DNA from: Octopus vulgaris
Lineage: Eukaryota
NCBI GenBank assembly: GCA_951406725.2
Contig: OX597831.1
Span: 3,100,001 to 3,164,000 of the forward strand
Direction: 5' to 3'
Length of the DNA: 64,000 nucleotides
Shown here: one piece after another, positions 27,720 to 42,949 of the stretch
Position numbering within the stretch: position 1 is the first letter of the stretch
Layout: each line of letters opens with the position of its first letter
Position numbers and translations under genes: made by a program
The notes under the pieces: model-generated
Told to the model about the DNA's origin: nothing
What the model saw: the letters and a program-made list of their open reading frames with translations, nothing else
Database searches by the model: none

Positions 27720-28469
27720 TTTTAAATGTCGAAAAAACATCTGGCAGTTTTTAAATACACTTCTATGTTCTGAGTTCAAATTAGACTGGGTTAAATTTCC
27801 AGGGTTGATAAAATAGGCACCAGTCAAGTACTTAGGACAGATAAATCAACTTCTTCCAGAACAAATCTTTTTAGAAAAGGACTTTTTTCTCCCATTGTTA
27901 AGATGGTGGATAAGTAGAATCATTAATGTTTTGGATAGAATGTCTTGTGGCATTTCTTTCAGCTCTTTACATTCTGACTCCAGTTCCTGCTGAGATCAGC
28001 TTCACCTTTCCTCAGTTTGGAATCAATAAAATAAAGTACCAGTTAAGAACTGGGGTTGATGTAATTGATTAAACTCTGACCCCTAAGATTGCTGGCCTTG
28101 AGCCCCCCAAAAAAAACATCATCATCATCATCATTATTATTAAGGCGGTGAGCTGGCAGAATTGTTAGCATGCTGGGTGAAATACTTAGTGGTATTTCGC
28201 TTGTCGCTATGTTCTGAGTTCAAATTCTGCTGAGTTTGATTTTGACTTTCATAGTTTTGGGGGTTTATGAATTAAGTACCAGTGAAACACTGGAATCGAT
28301 GTAATTAACTAACCCCCTCCCCTACAATTTCAGGCCTTGTGCCTGCAGTAGAAAAGATTAATACTCACACACATACGCACACACACATTCTTTGTTTTGT
28401 CCTGAGCTGTCTATAATGTTTTTCTTAATGTAAACCCTTGCGGTTAATAAAGAAATCCTCATCATCTTC

Positions 28470-28504
<35 letters not shown>

Positions 28505-28730
28505 TATTTATGTAGCGAGCTGGCAGAATCGTTTGTGTGTTGGACAAAATGCTAAGTGGCATTTTGTCTGTCTTTTCATTCTAAGTTCAAATTCCACCAA
28601 AGTCAACTTTGCCTTTCGTTCTTTCAGGGTTGATAAAACAAGTACCAGTTGAGCACTGGGGTCAATGCAATCAACTTAGCTCCTCCCCGAAATTGCTGGC
28701 ATTGTGTCAAAACTTGAAACCATTATTATT
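27720..28730 (+). mobile_element. Cluster of group B SINEs (~27720, 27900, 28142, 28512)
   Basis: Repeated ttctgagttcaaatt...aagtaccag motifs. Confidence 0.8.
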
Positions 28731-28777
28731 ATTGGAGAGGTGATAAGAAAAGTGTTGATATTGTATAAGAATCAAAA

Positions 28778-29115
28778 GGCGTAGGAGTGGCTGTGTGGTA
28801 AGTAGCTTGCTTATGAACTACATGGTTCTGGGTTCAGTCCCACTGCATGGCACCTTGGGCAAGTGTCTTCTACAATACCCTCGGGCCAACCAACATATAT
28901 ATATATATATGTATGTATGTGTATATGTTTGTGTGTCTGTGCTTGTCCCCCCAACATTGCTTGACAACCGATACTGGTGTGTTTACATCCCCATAACTTA
29001 GTGGTTCGGCAAAAGGGAGCGATAGAATAAGTACTAGGCTTACAAAGTATAAGTCCTGGGGTCGATGTGCTCGACTAAAGGCGGTGCTCCAGCATGGCCA
29101 CAGCCAAATGACAGA
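28778..29115 (+). mobile_element. SINE group A with internal deletion
   Basis: Head and tail match the consensus. Confidence 0.85.
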
Positions 29116-29535
29116 AGGCCAGCAATTTCGGAAGAAACACTAAGTCAATTACATCGACCCCAGTAATCAACTGATACTTACTTTATTGACCTCAAAAGAA
29201 TGAAAGGCAAACTTTACCTCAGCTGAATTTGAACTCAGAACGTAAAGACAGATTAAATACCACTAAAGCATTTCACCCTGCATGATTCTGTCAGTTTTGC
29301 TGCCTTCTAATGGACAATATATACTGGTTTCAAATTTTGATGCAAGGCCAGCATTTTTTTGGGAAGAGGGGAAGTCGAGCACATCGACCCCAGTGCTCAA
29401 CTGGTATATATTTTATTGACCCTGAAATGAAGGCAAAGTTGACCTCGGTGGAATTTGAACTCATAACAAGGAGACAAAATGCTGCTAAGTGATTTTTCCA
29501 GCATGCTAACAACTCAGCCAACTCGATGCCTTACA
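29116..29535 (-). mobile_element. Two group B SINEs
   Basis: Reverse-complement Nin-like domain and heads ending at about 29307 and 29533. Confidence 0.75.
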
Positions 29536-30589
29536 ATGGCCAATATATGTTAACCATACAACTGGGTACAAGTCCATAGCTTGTATATTAGCAATGTTCG
29601 CCTTACACTCCACACATACAACTACAACATTTATCGTATGGCCAGTTTGTCTTAGAAGAAGTCCTGCAGCCATTTGTTTGAACAATCCAGGTAAATGTAT
29701 CAATTGCCAGAACTATCAAACCTGAACTCACTACGTAAAAAAAAAATACAAAAAAACCCCTTCAAAAACACTCAGACATAATCATAGAAAAAAAAAGTTA
29801 AAACACCAAAAAAAATCGGTAAAAAAAATTAAATGAAAAATCACTAAAAATAAGTAAATAAATATGTAACAAAAGCGCCAACAAAAACATGAAAACAACT
29901 ATAAAATGACTAACAAAAACCAAAAAATAAGAACTGAACTTGTTTTCTTCATCTCACTATTTGTAAAGAAGCCTTTAAGTTGTTGCAGTTATGTCTTAGC
30001 TTGTGAAAATCTTTCAATTCAGAAAGGGTTTCTTTGCCGGAGAGAAAATTGGAAGGAATTTTCAAGTTCACTTAACTCAATCAGGCTTTGTGAAAGGGAA
30101 AAACTGAATGATTTTCCTGTGTGTAGCCTAGTTCTTCTGGAACAAAGAACTTGGACAAATGCCATCAACTTCATTCAACAGAATTGGGATTTCTTCTAAC
30201 ACTACACACTGTCAATGATGCTGTCGTCTTTCTTCTAACAACTTGAAATGGACTTTTCTTTTCTTTTCTTTTTCTGGTTTACTTTCTGTGTTTTTTTTTT
30301 TTTTTTTATCCATTTATTCGTTTGTTGTTGTTGTTGTTGCTGTTGTTGTTGTTTTGTGAAAATGATAGCCAGATGTAAGATAAGAATGTTGTTGTTTTTT
30401 TTGTTTGTTTGTTTCAAATAGATTGCCTAATTAATCTATTAGATTAATTAAACAAATGATTAACTAATCCCAAGTGGGGTTACAGAGATTATAAATAAAT
30501 ACAAGAAACATTTCAGACAGGATTAAAATAAAAGACAAATAAAAAAATTTCTATTCTAAATTGAAAGATTTCATTGAAACATATGTTTA

Positions 30590-31194
30590 TGCACCCACAT
30601 ACATACACTATACACATTTTCACATACATACACTATACACTCATACACATAGACACGCATACGCACAGACACAGGAACGCATATACATACAAATACGCAA
30701 AAAGACACAAAGACACGTATATGTATAGAAACACACACACACAAACATAAATTGATGTAAGAATGCATACACACAGTTATATACAGACACAAGGAAATAT
30801 ACGCATACATATAGACACACAGACACAAAATGACACAAGGATGCATATACACACATATGTGCAAACACACGGACGCATACACAGACATATAGACACATAA
30901 GCACACAAACATAAGGATGCATACACACACATATACAGACACATAAATATATACACACATACACACAAACAGACACACGGATGCATACACACACATATAG
31001 ATGCATATACAGACAAACAGGTACATGAATGCATACACATAGACGTACACACACACAGACACAAGGATGCATACACACACATGTACACACAAATAGATGC
31101 CAGGACACATACACATTTAGACACATATACACACAGACACATAGATGCATATACATATATAGACACATACACACATATACACACTAACACACAA

Positions 31195-31230
<36 letters not shown>

Positions 31231-31325
31231 ATGGATGCATACACATATATAGAGACATACACGCACACATCTACACAAATAGACACAGGGACACATACAC
31301 ATACACTCAAGCAGACATGTGGACG

Positions 31326-31367
<42 letters not shown>

Positions 31368-31643
31368 TACATACATACAGACAGACACATAGATGCATAC
31401 ACACACACATATACACAAATACAGATATACACACACACACACACAGCCATATACATGTATGTATACACACATATACACATAAACACATACACACACATGT
31501 AGACACACAGACTCACAGATACGCATATATACACATAGAATGCCACATACATGTATGTATACACACACATACACATATAAATACATAAACGCATACACAC
31601 GCATACACACAGAGATGCATAGATGTAGAGATACACATATATA
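30590..31643. repeat. Degenerate (CA)n/(CATA)n field
   Basis: Directly visible. Confidence 0.9.
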
Positions 31644-31644
31644 C

Positions 31645-32043
31645 GCGCAGGAGTTACTGTGTGGTAAGTAGCTTGCTAACCAACCACATTGTTCCGGGTT
31701 CAGTCCCACTGCGTGGCATCTTGGGCAAGTGTCTTCTGCTATAGCCCCGGGCCGACCAAAGCCTTGTGAGTGGATTTGGTAGACGGAAACTGAAAGAAGC
31801 CCGTCGTATATATGTGTGTGTGTGTGTTTGTGTGTCTGTGTTTGTCCCCCTAGCATTGCTTGACAACCGATGCTGGTGTGTTTACGTCCCCGTCACTTAG
31901 CGGTTCGGCAAAAAGAGACCGATAGAATAAGTACTGGGCTTACAAAGAATAAGTGCCGGGGTCGATTTGCTTGACTAAAGGCGGTGCTCCAGCATGGCCG
32001 CAGTCAAATGACTGAAACAAGTAAAAGAGTAAAAGAGTAAAGA
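31645..32043 (+). mobile_element. SINE group A, full length, CpG-intact (young)
   Basis: Near-consensus copy. Confidence 0.9.
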
Positions 32044-32215
32044 TTAATATATGTATAGAGACACAGGCAGTCATATACATACACACAAATACGCAGATTG
32101 CAAAGAACACTGGGCAATCAAAAGAAAAACAAAACAAAGAAAAACGGACATCAAATAGAAAAAAATGAATAATATATGCAGGTATATGTTATTTATTTTT
32201 TATATATAAATGACA

Positions 32216-32634
32216 GGTGCGAGCGTGGTTATGTGGTAAGAGGTTTGCTTCCCAGCCACGGGGTTCCAGGTTCAGTCCCACTATAACCTCGGGCCAACAA
32301 AAGTCTCATGAGTGGATTTTCTAGATGGAAGAGATGCCTGTCATATAGGCATAGAAGTGGCTGTGTGGTAAGTAGCTTGCTCGCCAACCACATGGTTCTG
32401 GGTTCAGTCCTGCTGCGTGGAATCTTGGGCAAGTGTCTTCTACTATATATTGCCTTGGGCTGACCAAAAGCTTTGAGTGACTGTGTGGTAAGTAGCTTGC
32501 TTACCAACCACATGGTTCTGGGTTCAGTCCCACTGTGTGGCACCTTGGGCGAGTGTCTTCTACTATAGCCTCGGGCCAATCAAAGCCTTGTGAATAGATA
32601 TTTGGTAGATGGGAACTGAAAGAAGTCCATTGTA

Positions 32635-32672
<38 letters not shown>

Positions 32673-32846
32673 CACACATGTATACGATGGGCTTCTTTCA
32701 GTTTCTGTCTACCAAATCCTCTCACAAGGCTTTGGTCGGTCCGAGGCTATAGTAGAAGACACTTGCCCAAGGTTCCATGCAGGGGGACTGAACCCAGAAC
32801 CATGTGGTTGGTAAGCAAGCTACTTACCACACAGCCACTCCTGCGT
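32216..32846. mobile_element. Three tandem group A heads (+) followed by an inverted head (-, 32683-32846)
   Basis: Heads at about 32216, 32348 and 32477. Segment 32477-32635 is reverse-complementary to about 32683-32840. Confidence 0.85.
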
Positions 32847-33299
32847 GATTACATCGACCGCAGTGCTCAACTAGTACTCATTTTATCGACCTCAAAATGA
32901 TGAAAGGCTAAGTCGACCTCAGAGGAATTTGAACTCATAAGGGCAACGTGCTGCAAAACATTCTGCCCAGTGTGCTAACAACTCTGCCAACTTGCTGCCT
33001 TGTATGTCTTGGCTATTAACAATGCCTTATGTCTGTGACTGGATCAGAACTTCTGGTTCCTCGACTGGATATCCAATATACAATCAATGAGACACCATTT
33101 CAGCAGCTCTCCAAATTTGCCATCTGTGAATTTTGGAGTTTGTTCTCAGGCTTATTAGTAACTGACGAGTTATTATTAATGAAATGAATAAGTTCTTGAA
33201 TTTTAAATGTTTTTGGTAGCATATTATACTAAATGTTTAATTTAAATAAGATTTTGGGTTCGGTTTTACTGAAAATCAACAGCAATAGAATCTAGTAAT

Positions 33300-33800
33300 T
33301 GCACCATAGCTGCTGCCACTGCTACCTTCATCATCATTATCACCACCACCACCATCACCAGCATCATCATCGTCACCACCACTGCTGCCATTATCATCAT
33401 CACCAGTGCCACCACTGCTGCCGCTGCCACCACCACCACCACCACCATCATCATAATCATCATTCCCACCACCACCACCATCATCATCATCATTATCATC
33501 ATCACCACCACCATCATCATAATCATTATCATCATCGACACCACCATCCCCACCACCACCACCACCACTACTACCACCACAACCCTCATCTTTCTCCTAC
33601 TCCTCCTCCTCCTCATCATCATCATCACCACCACCACCATCATCATTATCATCATCATTGCCACCATCATCACCACCACCACTACCATAACCCTTGTCTT
33701 TCTCTCTCTTTTCTCCTCCTCCTCCTCCTCCTCCTCATCATCATCATCATCAGCAGCAGCAGCCATCGCCATTACTGCTCCCATATTTACCATCATTGAA
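33300..33800. repeat. (CAT/CAC/CCT)n field
   Basis: Directly visible; source of the poly-His ORF. Confidence 0.9.
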
Positions 33801-34329
33801 GTTGCTGTTGCCTAGCCTCAGGTCATCTATCATTGAACAGGTATGTGATCAAAGGTTCACCTGTCTGTTTTTCAGATGCAAAAGACCTTAGAACCTCATT
33901 ATTTAATGCATTCTTCCTCTTTTTCTTTCAATCAGTAGGGTATGAGCTGGGAAATATTTTAGCTGCTATTTCTAGCAGACAAAGCAACCACATAGTGCCC
34001 CCTCTCCCAACTCCTCCTACTACCATTGATGGCCTGCCATTGTTGTTGTTGTTGTTGTTATTGCTGCTGTTTTTGCTCTTGTTATTGCTGCTGTTGATGA
34101 TGATGATGATGATAATGTTATTATGACTATTTACCTTCAGGTCAACTTTGATCATTACATCTTTTCCTTTTTGTCCAGGTGTGACTGTGAGGTAAGAAAC
34201 TTGCTTCTCAACCACTTGGTCACAGGTTCAGTTCCTCTGCATGGCACCTTAGGCAAGTGTCTTCTACTAGAGCTCCTGGCTGACTAAAGCCTTTGAATGG
34301 ATTTATAATAATAATAATAATAATAATAA

Positions 34330-34540
34330 TAATTGTGTACAGTGCTCAGGTGCACTACAACTCATCTAAAGTGTATATATAATCAGGTGTAGTTTCGGCG
34401 GATTTCGGAAAGCATGAGGGCCTTAAAGGATGCAGTGTCATGGCAGTCAACAACTGACGCAGGCAGTTTATTCCATGCTTCAGCAACTCTGAGCGTGAAA
34501 AAATGTTTCCGAAAGTCATGGGAGCTGTGTTGTTTTCTGA
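34330..34540 (-). mobile_element. CR1/L2-like LINE 3' end inserted into a group A SINE
   Basis: Minus strand encodes RKQHSSHDFRKHFFTLRVAEAWNKLPASVVDCHDTASFKALM. The SINE resumes at about 34538. Confidence 0.8.
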
Positions 34541-34587
34541 CGAAACCGAAAGAAGCCCGTCATATATATATATATATAGAGAGAGAG

Positions 34588-34868
34588 TGCCGCTGGACTG
34601 GCTCCTGTACAGGTGACACGTAAAAAACCCATTTGAGTGTGGCCATTGCAAGTACCGCCTGACTGGCTCTCGTGCTGGTGGCACGTAAAAGCACCCACTA
34701 CACTCTCAGAGTGGTTGGCATTAGGAAGGGCATCCAGCTGTAGGAACTCTGCCCGATCAGATTGGAGTCTGGGGCAGCCATCTGGTTCACCAGTCCCCAG
34801 TCAAACTGTCCAACCTATGCCAGCATGGAAAGCGGATGTTAAGCGATGATGATGATGATGATGATGAT
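34588..34868 (+). mobile_element. RTE-like LINE 3' UTR/tail repeat ending in (GAT)n
   Basis: gttggcattaggaagggcatccagctgta...gccagcatggaaagcggatgttaa. Related copies at 41380, 43490, 52985, 59195 and 60020. Confidence 0.75.
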
Positions 34869-34869
34869 G

Positions 34870-35047
34870 GGGAGAATTCACAAAAAAACAAAAGACAAAG
34901 ACATGTGGTGTAGACAACAAACAGATGTTTTAGTTTAACGCTTGGGAAGTGAAGAAGTCTTTAACGTTTCGAGCCTATGCTCTTCCACAGAAAGGAACAC
35001 AGAAAGAAACAAGGAGAGAAAATAAAGAATATATAGTGGCTAGCGGT
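34870..35047 (-). mobile_element. Family E HHR-like element (motif 34959-34994)
   Basis: Minus strand reads cttt CTGTGGA A gagc atag gctc GAAAC GT T aaag. Lies between (GAT)n and (TATG)n. Confidence 0.6.
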
Positions 35048-35904
35048 ATGTATGTATGTATGTATGTATGTATGTATGTATGCATGCATGTATGTATGTA
35101 TGTATGTATGTATGTATGTATGTATGTATGTATGTATGTATGTATGTGTGTATGTGTGCGAGTGTGTGTGTTTGTGTGTATGCATGTGTGTGTGAGTGTC
35201 TTTGTGGCTGTGTTTGTTCTTTATTATTACTTGACAACTGATATTGGTTTATTTATGTCCTCATAACTTAGCAGTTCAGCAAGAGATATTGATAGAATGA
35301 ATACCAAACTTTAAAAAAAGAAGTCCTGCGGGGTGAGGTGTGGGTAGTTGATTCTTCTGACCAAAAATTCCTCAAGCTGGTGCCCCAGTATGGCCACAGT
35401 CCAATGACTGAATCATGTAAAAGATAAAAGATAAAAGACAGACACAGGAATGGTTCAGCAGTTTGCTTCTCAACCTCATCGCTTCTGGTTCAATCCCACT
35501 GCTGGGCACCAATGAGCAAATATCTTCTACTAAACACCTCGTTCAACCAGCGCTTTGTGAGTGGATTTAGTAGATGGAAACTGAAAGAAGCCCATTGTAT
35601 ACATAGTCTGCGACAGATTAGCATCCCATAGAGAGAAAGCTGGTCTGTTGCAGGATTACCTGTGAACAGACCTGTGATCAAATACATTCTAGTATTGACC
35701 CCTCCGTGTTTTTCATATGTGCAAGGAACCCAAGCCCTTGTTATCAATGTGTTCCTTTCTAAGACAGTAAGGATGTGATTTGAGGGTGATTTGACTTCTA
35801 TTTATGACATGTCCAGTGGTCATGTTAAGTCCCCATCCAATCCCTCTTTGACTTGACTTGAACTTCCAATGTTGATGCTGTTGCAGTTGTTTATGAAATA
35901 GTCC

Positions 35905-37235
<1,331 letters not shown>

Positions 37236-37845
37236 CAAAGGGCTGGCCTTGTCACAATCTGTGTCACAATGAATCTCCCTGAGAACTATGTTAAGGGTAC
37301 ACTTGTCTGTGGAATGCTCAGCAAGAATCTGGTCAGTTTAAACATAAAATAAGTAGAAAACTTCGGCCGGATATGGCCAGTTTAAACACTAAAGGGTTAA
37401 GGGTACACTTGTCTGTGGAATGCTCAGCAAGATGGCAAAAAAGATGCACCGGAACAGCCATTCTAATTCATAGGGCTGTCACTTGTGGACAGCCATTTCC
37501 ACCCTGGTAGCAGTGAGCAGGGGTTTTGTCCAGGGGTGGCTCGGCCAGAAAACTGTCAGAGAGCCACCAATATCTTCAAAATGGAATTTTTTTGTAGCCT
37601 GACAAGCTGTGGAGCCTGGGCTTGTGGCTGAACACATCAAGGCAATGTCACAGCTTGTGACAGGGCCCACTGTCACGGAAATGGGAAAACCATTATCAGT
37701 CCATATTGTAGAAGAATCTTGTAGAAAACTTTTTACACATCTTTTTGTCTATGATTTAGAACTCTTGAACTCTTGTAGTGTTGAATATGTTTTTATAGCA
37801 ACTCATCAAAATGTATCACTATACCTTCTTTCATACACACACACA

Positions 37846-37925
<80 letters not shown>

Positions 37926-38201
37926 CACATGCACACACACACACATATACATTCACTCTCTCTCTCTCTTTCTCAAACTCACATACACTCTCTGTTTCAC
38001 TCAAACACACACATGCACACACACATACACACACACACTCACTCACACTCTCTCTCTCTCTTTGTGTGTGTGTGTGTCTCTCTGTCTCTCTCTGTTCCTG
38101 TCTCTATCTTTCTTTCTCTCTCTCTCACACAGACACACACTCTCTCTTTCTCTCTCTCAAACACACACATACACACCCACACACACACACACACACACAC
38201 A

Positions 38202-38234
<33 letters not shown>

Positions 38235-38689
38235 TCACACACACACATACGGTAATAATTCTTTTTGTTCATTCAGTCATGCACACACTTCTTATTGAAA
38301 AACATAGATGTTGTCTTACTTTGAAACATTCAGACTGAAGTTTATTTAAACTAAATCCTTTCTTACCAACTATTTACTTGATTGAATTAAATTGTTATTT
38401 TGTTGTTGGTAAGATTCGTCTTTAATGTTCTGTATCCTTGCATCACTTATTTTATTTTTACTTATTTCATTTACACAGAGTATGACATGACGTTCTTTCT
38501 CCATATTTTATCGAATTTGTGTCGTTGGTCCCTATTTTATGTTGGTCTCCTTGACTCCCCGCAACAATTTTGTTCTTACCTTTTTCAGTTGTAACTGGTG
38601 CAACTATTTCTTAGCACCTTAGTATTATTTTGCACTTTTGTTTCACCGCTGAATGAAAAGCCAAACAACATGGGTCTTATTCAACAAAT

Positions 38690-40930
38690 GATGTGAACAA
38701 AATGCTGATAAAGACCTGACTTCATAGTTTGAAACACAGATAGGAGGCATTTTCACACCTTTGTCCCAGCTGGAGATGGATGATATAGACAAAGTGAGTC
38801 TTTCAAAGAAACAACAAATGAAATAACAGAAGAAGCCATTAGCTTTGAAAGCAAGTGATGGGCCTACTATCAGAAAAAAGCGTCTGTAAACAAAGGCAAA
38901 AAGCTAGAACAGAAATATCGAACAACCCAGACGATATTATCAAAGCTGAATGATACAAAGAACTGAACAAAGCAGACAAAACAGCAGTGAAATAAAAAAA
39001 TTTTAAAATGGAAAGAAAAAAAAATCTATAAGGAAAATAGAACTACTAGAAGCTGACTTTAAGAATAATAATAGTCAGAACCTTTTCAAGTCAGTCCATG
39101 AAACGGAGGGAAAGAGCAGACGAGTATACTGTGTTATCGAAGACGAAAACAAACAACTACATACAAACGTAGTCCGGGTACTTCAATGATGGAAAGATCA
39201 TTTCATACAACATCTTAGCACTAAATTCCTGCACAATCTTGAAGGAATATAAGAAATCCTAATTGATCCATTTATTGTGGATACTCTTGTAGAAATAGGA
39301 AAAGAAGTAGAAAAGGTAATTAAAAAAAAAAAAATGAAAATCCATAAATTGACCGGTATTGATGTCATCAGGGCTGAAGTGTAGTAGAAGGAAAACACAT
39401 GGTTTATATCAATCATGGGCAACATGCAATCCATGGGACTTTCTTAATGGCATGCCTAATGAAAAATTACTTCAAATCTTTATAGTAGTGTGGCCCACCT
39501 GATGAAGAGCCATGTTTAATGTGGCCCAGCCTGCTTCTCAAAAATGGCTACTCCTGCTTGGTTTATATTTTACACATAACATTTCAAATAGTTTGGAATA
39601 ATAGCAAAGATACCAAAATATTGAACCCATACACTGTTATATAAAAAAAATCGGGTGGTGAAGGTGCATGGCTTAGTGGTTAGGGCATTTGGCTTATGAT
39701 TGTAAGGTCGTGAGTTCAATTCCTGGTGACACGCTGTGCCCTTGAGCAAGACACTTTATTTTAGGTTGCTCCAGTTCATTCAGCTGGCAAAAACAAGTAG
39801 TACACATACTTCAAAGGGCCAGCCTTGTCACAATCTGTGTCACACTGAATCTCCCTGAGAACTATGTTAAGAGTACACTTGTCTGTGGAATGCTCAGCCA
39901 CTTGCATGTTAATTTCACAAGAAGGTTGTTCCGATGATCGAATCAACTAGAACTCAAGTCATCATAAGCGATGGAGTGCCATATATAAAGAATGGGTGTC
40001 AGGTACTTGTGAGAGCCTCTTGATTTAAGAACAGTCCTCCTTGATAGAATATTAAATAAAAACTAAACAAGTGACAGGAGAGAGTAAGTTTGGTTTTAGC
40101 TTATAGACATTTTGTTGATGCCATTTCCATAGTAAGACAGATCATTGAGAAGACAAAAGTACATCAAGTGTCCTTACATTTCAACTTTTATTAACTTTAA
40201 AGCTGCATTTGACATAATCTACTGGAAGGCCCTGTTGAAGATGACATCAGGTAGACCTCAACGCTGTGTAAATTATAGATGTGACATGGTTGAAGATTGT
40301 GACCTGAGAACTCAGTATGAAGTAACAAGTTATTTGCTAAAATCCACCCTTTTTTAATATCTTTCTTGAATTTCTCATGAATGAATAATAAACTTGGATA
40401 TAAGTCAGGCATTTGCTGGAGTTCTCATCATAGTTATTAGACATTCTGATGATGCAAGCCTAAGATCTTATTTCTTTACTACCCACAAGGGGCTAAACAT
40501 AGAGGGGACAAACAAGGACAGACAAAGGAATTAAGTTGATTACATCGACCCCAGTGCATAACTGGTACTTAATTTTATCGACCCCCGAAAGGATGAAAGG
40601 CAAAGTCGACCTCGGTGGAATTTGAACTCAGAACGTAATGGCAGACGAAATACTGCTAAGCATTTCACCTGGCGTGCTAAGATCTACAGTCTTTGATAAA
40701 CTGAAAATATTCACTGAACAGTTTGATAAAGAATGTCAAGAAATACAGTATGAAAATAATTGATGCAAAGTGCAAGGTCTTTCCACTTCTGGCAAGGAAA
40801 TTACCATAATGGACAGTTGTGAAGTAGAACATATCGTGGAGTTCATGTTTCTTATTAATAATGTTTCATACAGAATAGAAGGTATGAAACAACAGCACAT
40901 CTGCAGTATTTGGAAGACTAAGAAATACAA
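38690..40930 (+). pseudogene. Decayed RTE-like LINE reverse transcriptase, interrupted by SINEs (39657-39981 +, 40466-40678 -)
   Basis: Remnant motifs WKDHFIQHL, KLTGIDVIRAE, DAISIVRQIIEK, NFKAAFDII, RHSDD and EVEHIVEF, in RT order. Confidence 0.65.
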
Positions 40931-41239
40931 TGTGGAAAGAGGTAGGATATCTGTCAGTGACTCAATAATAGGTATACAACAGTTTGATGCTGTATCAGGG
41001 GTACTCTTGCGAGTCACTTTATCAGCATCTCTATATCCATGCTTATTTGGGAGAGTTGGTTTTCCCAGTGCAAAACATTGTCAGTTATCATCATCATCAT
41101 CATCATCCCTTGTCATTTCTTTTGTGAGGTTCATAATCTCGTGACCTGTTCCCATCATTTCCATGTCTTCTTGTTCCGTAGGGCAATCTTGTTCCATCGG
41201 ACAGCTGCCCAAGCTTAGAGTGCTTGGGCAGCGGTTGTC

Positions 41240-41630
41240 ATCGCAGACCTAGGAAGATGTGGGACGAAGTGATGAGAAAGGATCTTCAGATACTGGGCCT
41301 CACTGAGGAAACGACAAGGGGCCGGGAGTTGTGGAAATTTGCTGTACTTGGGAAGACGTGTCAAGCCAAGTAAAATCACTGCCATCCATACATACAGGCT
41401 GGTGCCACGTGAAATGCACTCAAGCCAGTGCTTTGTGTATGCAACTGTATGCAAAAAATAAACCCAGTACACTCTGTAAAGTAGTTGGCATTAGGATGGG
41501 CATCCACCTGCAGGAACCATGCTTCAAGAGACAATTGGTGTCTGGACAACTCCCTGGCTGGCCACCCCCTGTCAAACTGTCCAAACCATGCCAGCATGGA
41601 AAACAGATGTTAAACAATGATGATGATAAT
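41240..41630 (+). mobile_element. RTE-like LINE 3' end plus tail
   Basis: RPRKMWDEVMRKDLQILGLTEETTRGRELWKFAVL, the typical RTE C-terminus, followed by the shared 3' UTR. Confidence 0.8.
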
Positions 41631-41726
41631 GTTACATATATATGTGTGTGTATATGTGTGTGTGTATATGTATGTGTGTGTGTGTGTGTATATATATATA
41701 TGTATGTATGTATGTATGTATGAATG

Positions 41727-41778
<52 letters not shown>

Positions 41779-41818
41779 TATATATATGTATGTGTATATA
41801 TATGTTTATATATATGTA

Positions 41819-41860
<42 letters not shown>

Positions 41861-42009
41861 ATTAGGGAATAAATCCAAACTTACAGGGAAAAATTAGATT
41901 TAGGATTAAATCCAATTTTATAGTATAAATATATTATATTATATTATATCAAATTAGATATATATATATATATATATATGCATATACATATATGTGTGTG
42001 TGTGTGTAT

Positions 42010-42367
42010 AGGGTAGCAGACTTGCAGTCATGGGATTGCAGTTTCAATTTCCTGACCGGGGAATTGTGAGTGTTTATTGAGCGAAAACACTTAAAGCTTC
42101 ACGAAGCTCCAGCAGGGGATGGTGGCGAACCCTGCCGTACTCTTTCACCACAACTTTCTCTCACTCTTTCCTCCTGTTTCTGTTGTACCTGTATTTCAAA
42201 AGGGCCAACCTTGTCACATTCTGTGTCATGCTGAATCTCCCCGAGAACTACGTTAAGGGTACATGTGTCTTTGGAGCACTCAGCCACTTGCACATTAATT
42301 TCACGAGCAAACTGTTCCGTTGATCGGATCAACTGGAACCCTCGTCGTCATAACCAACGGTGTGCCA
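42010..42367 (+). mobile_element. SINE group C, chimeric body and tail
   Basis: Body resembles the 56085 copy; tail resembles the 39657 and 53775 copies. Confidence 0.75.
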
Positions 42368-42369
42368 CG

Positions 42370-42395
<26 letters not shown>

Positions 42396-42400
<5 letters not shown>

Positions 42401-42713
42401 GGTTTGGAGATGATGTACAGGTATTATATATTAGAAGAAATGAGGTACTCAGAATTTGGGATGGTTTTATATTTACAGATATTTATTAGTATGTTAGATG
42501 TTTTTATACATCATATATTAGCGCTTTCGTCCATTCTAGTGGAGTCTTCAAATTAATCAATTTGAAGACTCCACTAGAATGAACGAAAGCTCTAATATAT
42601 GATATATGATTTATAAAAACATGTAATATACAAATAAATCTCTGTAAATATGAAACCATCCGGATTTCTGAGTACCTCATTTCTTCTAATATATAATACA
42701 TCAACTCCAAACC

Positions 42714-42718
<5 letters not shown>
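42396..42718. mobile_element. Palindromic (foldback) element in (TA)n with an HHR-like motif on each arm
   Basis: Arms 42396-42554 and 42559-42718. Motif TTGAAGA ctcca..tggac GAAA GCGC TA. Confidence 0.8.
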
Positions 42719-42770
<52 letters not shown>

Positions 42771-42898
42771 TACATACATATATATATATATATATATTTG
42801 TATGTATGTATACATACATCTATATATGTATCTATGTATATATATTTATATCTATCTATTTATGTATGTATGTATGTATGTATCTATCTATCTGTCTG

Positions 42899-42949
<51 letters not shown>

